Assembly: GCF_006345805.1 (NCBI RefSeq) | Contig: NC_043008.1 | Location: 33,790,001-33,854,000, forward strand | From: Octopus sinensis | Taxonomy: Eukaryota | Direction of reading: 5' to 3' | Length of the DNA stretch: 64,000 nucleotides | Shown: positions 63,511 through 64,000 of the stretch, in pieces | Position numbering within the stretch: position 1 is the first letter of the stretch | How the letters are laid out: the number at the start of each line of letters is the position of its first letter | Notes under the pieces: model-generated | Database searches by the model: none | What the model saw: the letters and a program-made list of their open reading frames with translations, nothing else | What the model was told of the DNA's origin: nothing | Translations under genes and position numbers: made by a program

Positions 63511-63946
63511 ACACAGGTACAAGAAATCCAAATCAAATGTGATATCTGAAGAAATGACCAAGAAGAGTACCACAAGGACCTGTTTACCAGTGAAAATAGA
63601 ATCACAACTAAATAACACTTTGAAACAGCAAGCCGCAAAGATATTGCCCCCAAATAATGCACATTCAATTAGAAATGATCCTTGCATGATGGAAAATGAA
63701 TTGCATTCCTTTGATGCATATTATTCTGTCACAAAAGAATCATGTATGGTTGATGATAATGTTGAAGAATATATGTATATGGCTAAAAAGGATATATATT
63801 CAAATGTAAATGATATATATGAAAATGGCTCAGATACTGTTCACAGTGATTTATGTTTCACTGAGAATGAAGGATATTATGTAAATTCAGCTGAAAATTA
63901 TTTATGCTCTGGTAAAAATGGCATGTATATTGATGTCTTGCCATAA
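63511..63946 (+). CDS. Coding exon 7: Tyr-motif-rich cytoplasmic tail, copy 2
   Basis: Acceptor aacattttcttag|, phase 2. R-HRYKKSKSNV...YIDVLP*; contains track ORF 63539..63946. Confidence 0.9.
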
Positions 63947-64000
63947 GTGATTAATATAAATTAATTGAAAGTGTTTTCTTCTAAAAATTCAATCTGAAGA

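Larger units (their letters stand above)
60869..63995 (+). repeat. Segmental/tandem duplication unit, paralogous to 1-6000
   Basis: Collinear match including introns, the Tx1/L1 relic, the TM exon and the tail exon. Confidence 0.95.

Overview
Eukaryotic, AT-rich and repeat-dense DNA that looks like an octopus genome. This rests on octopus-type tRNA-derived SINEs, RTE LINEs and a cephalopod-like mitochondrial insertion; the species cannot be assigned from sequence alone. The main result is a spliced + strand gene that the ORF track misses, with 7 coding exons: 25683-25728, 29219-29284, 36248-36504, 45460-45553, 56425-56532, 61565-61631 and 63511-63946. All introns are GT-AG and phase-compatible, giving one uninterrupted 357-aa ORF. 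The predicted product is a type I membrane protein with a signal peptide, an extracellular Cys-bearing PLAT/LH2-like domain, a Ser/Thr stalk, a TM helix with CxxC, and a non-catalytic tail rich in SH2-type Tyr motifs. The last two exons of a roughly 94%-identical tandem paralog lie at 673-739 and 5515-5950, so the window is one ~60 kb unit of a tandem receptor array. The upstream paralog carries an old NUMT (nad4L-trnT-trnS2-cob) 50 nt after its stop codon. The rest is transposon-derived: RTE, Tx1/L1, R4/Dong-like, Penelope, Gypsy, mariner, Tigger, SINEs and microsatellites. It includes several Penelope-type hammerhead-ribozyme motifs and long fold-back palindromes close to exons. The 45-48 kb region shows long-read-type indel noise. 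All calls are by manual reading; no database searches were run.
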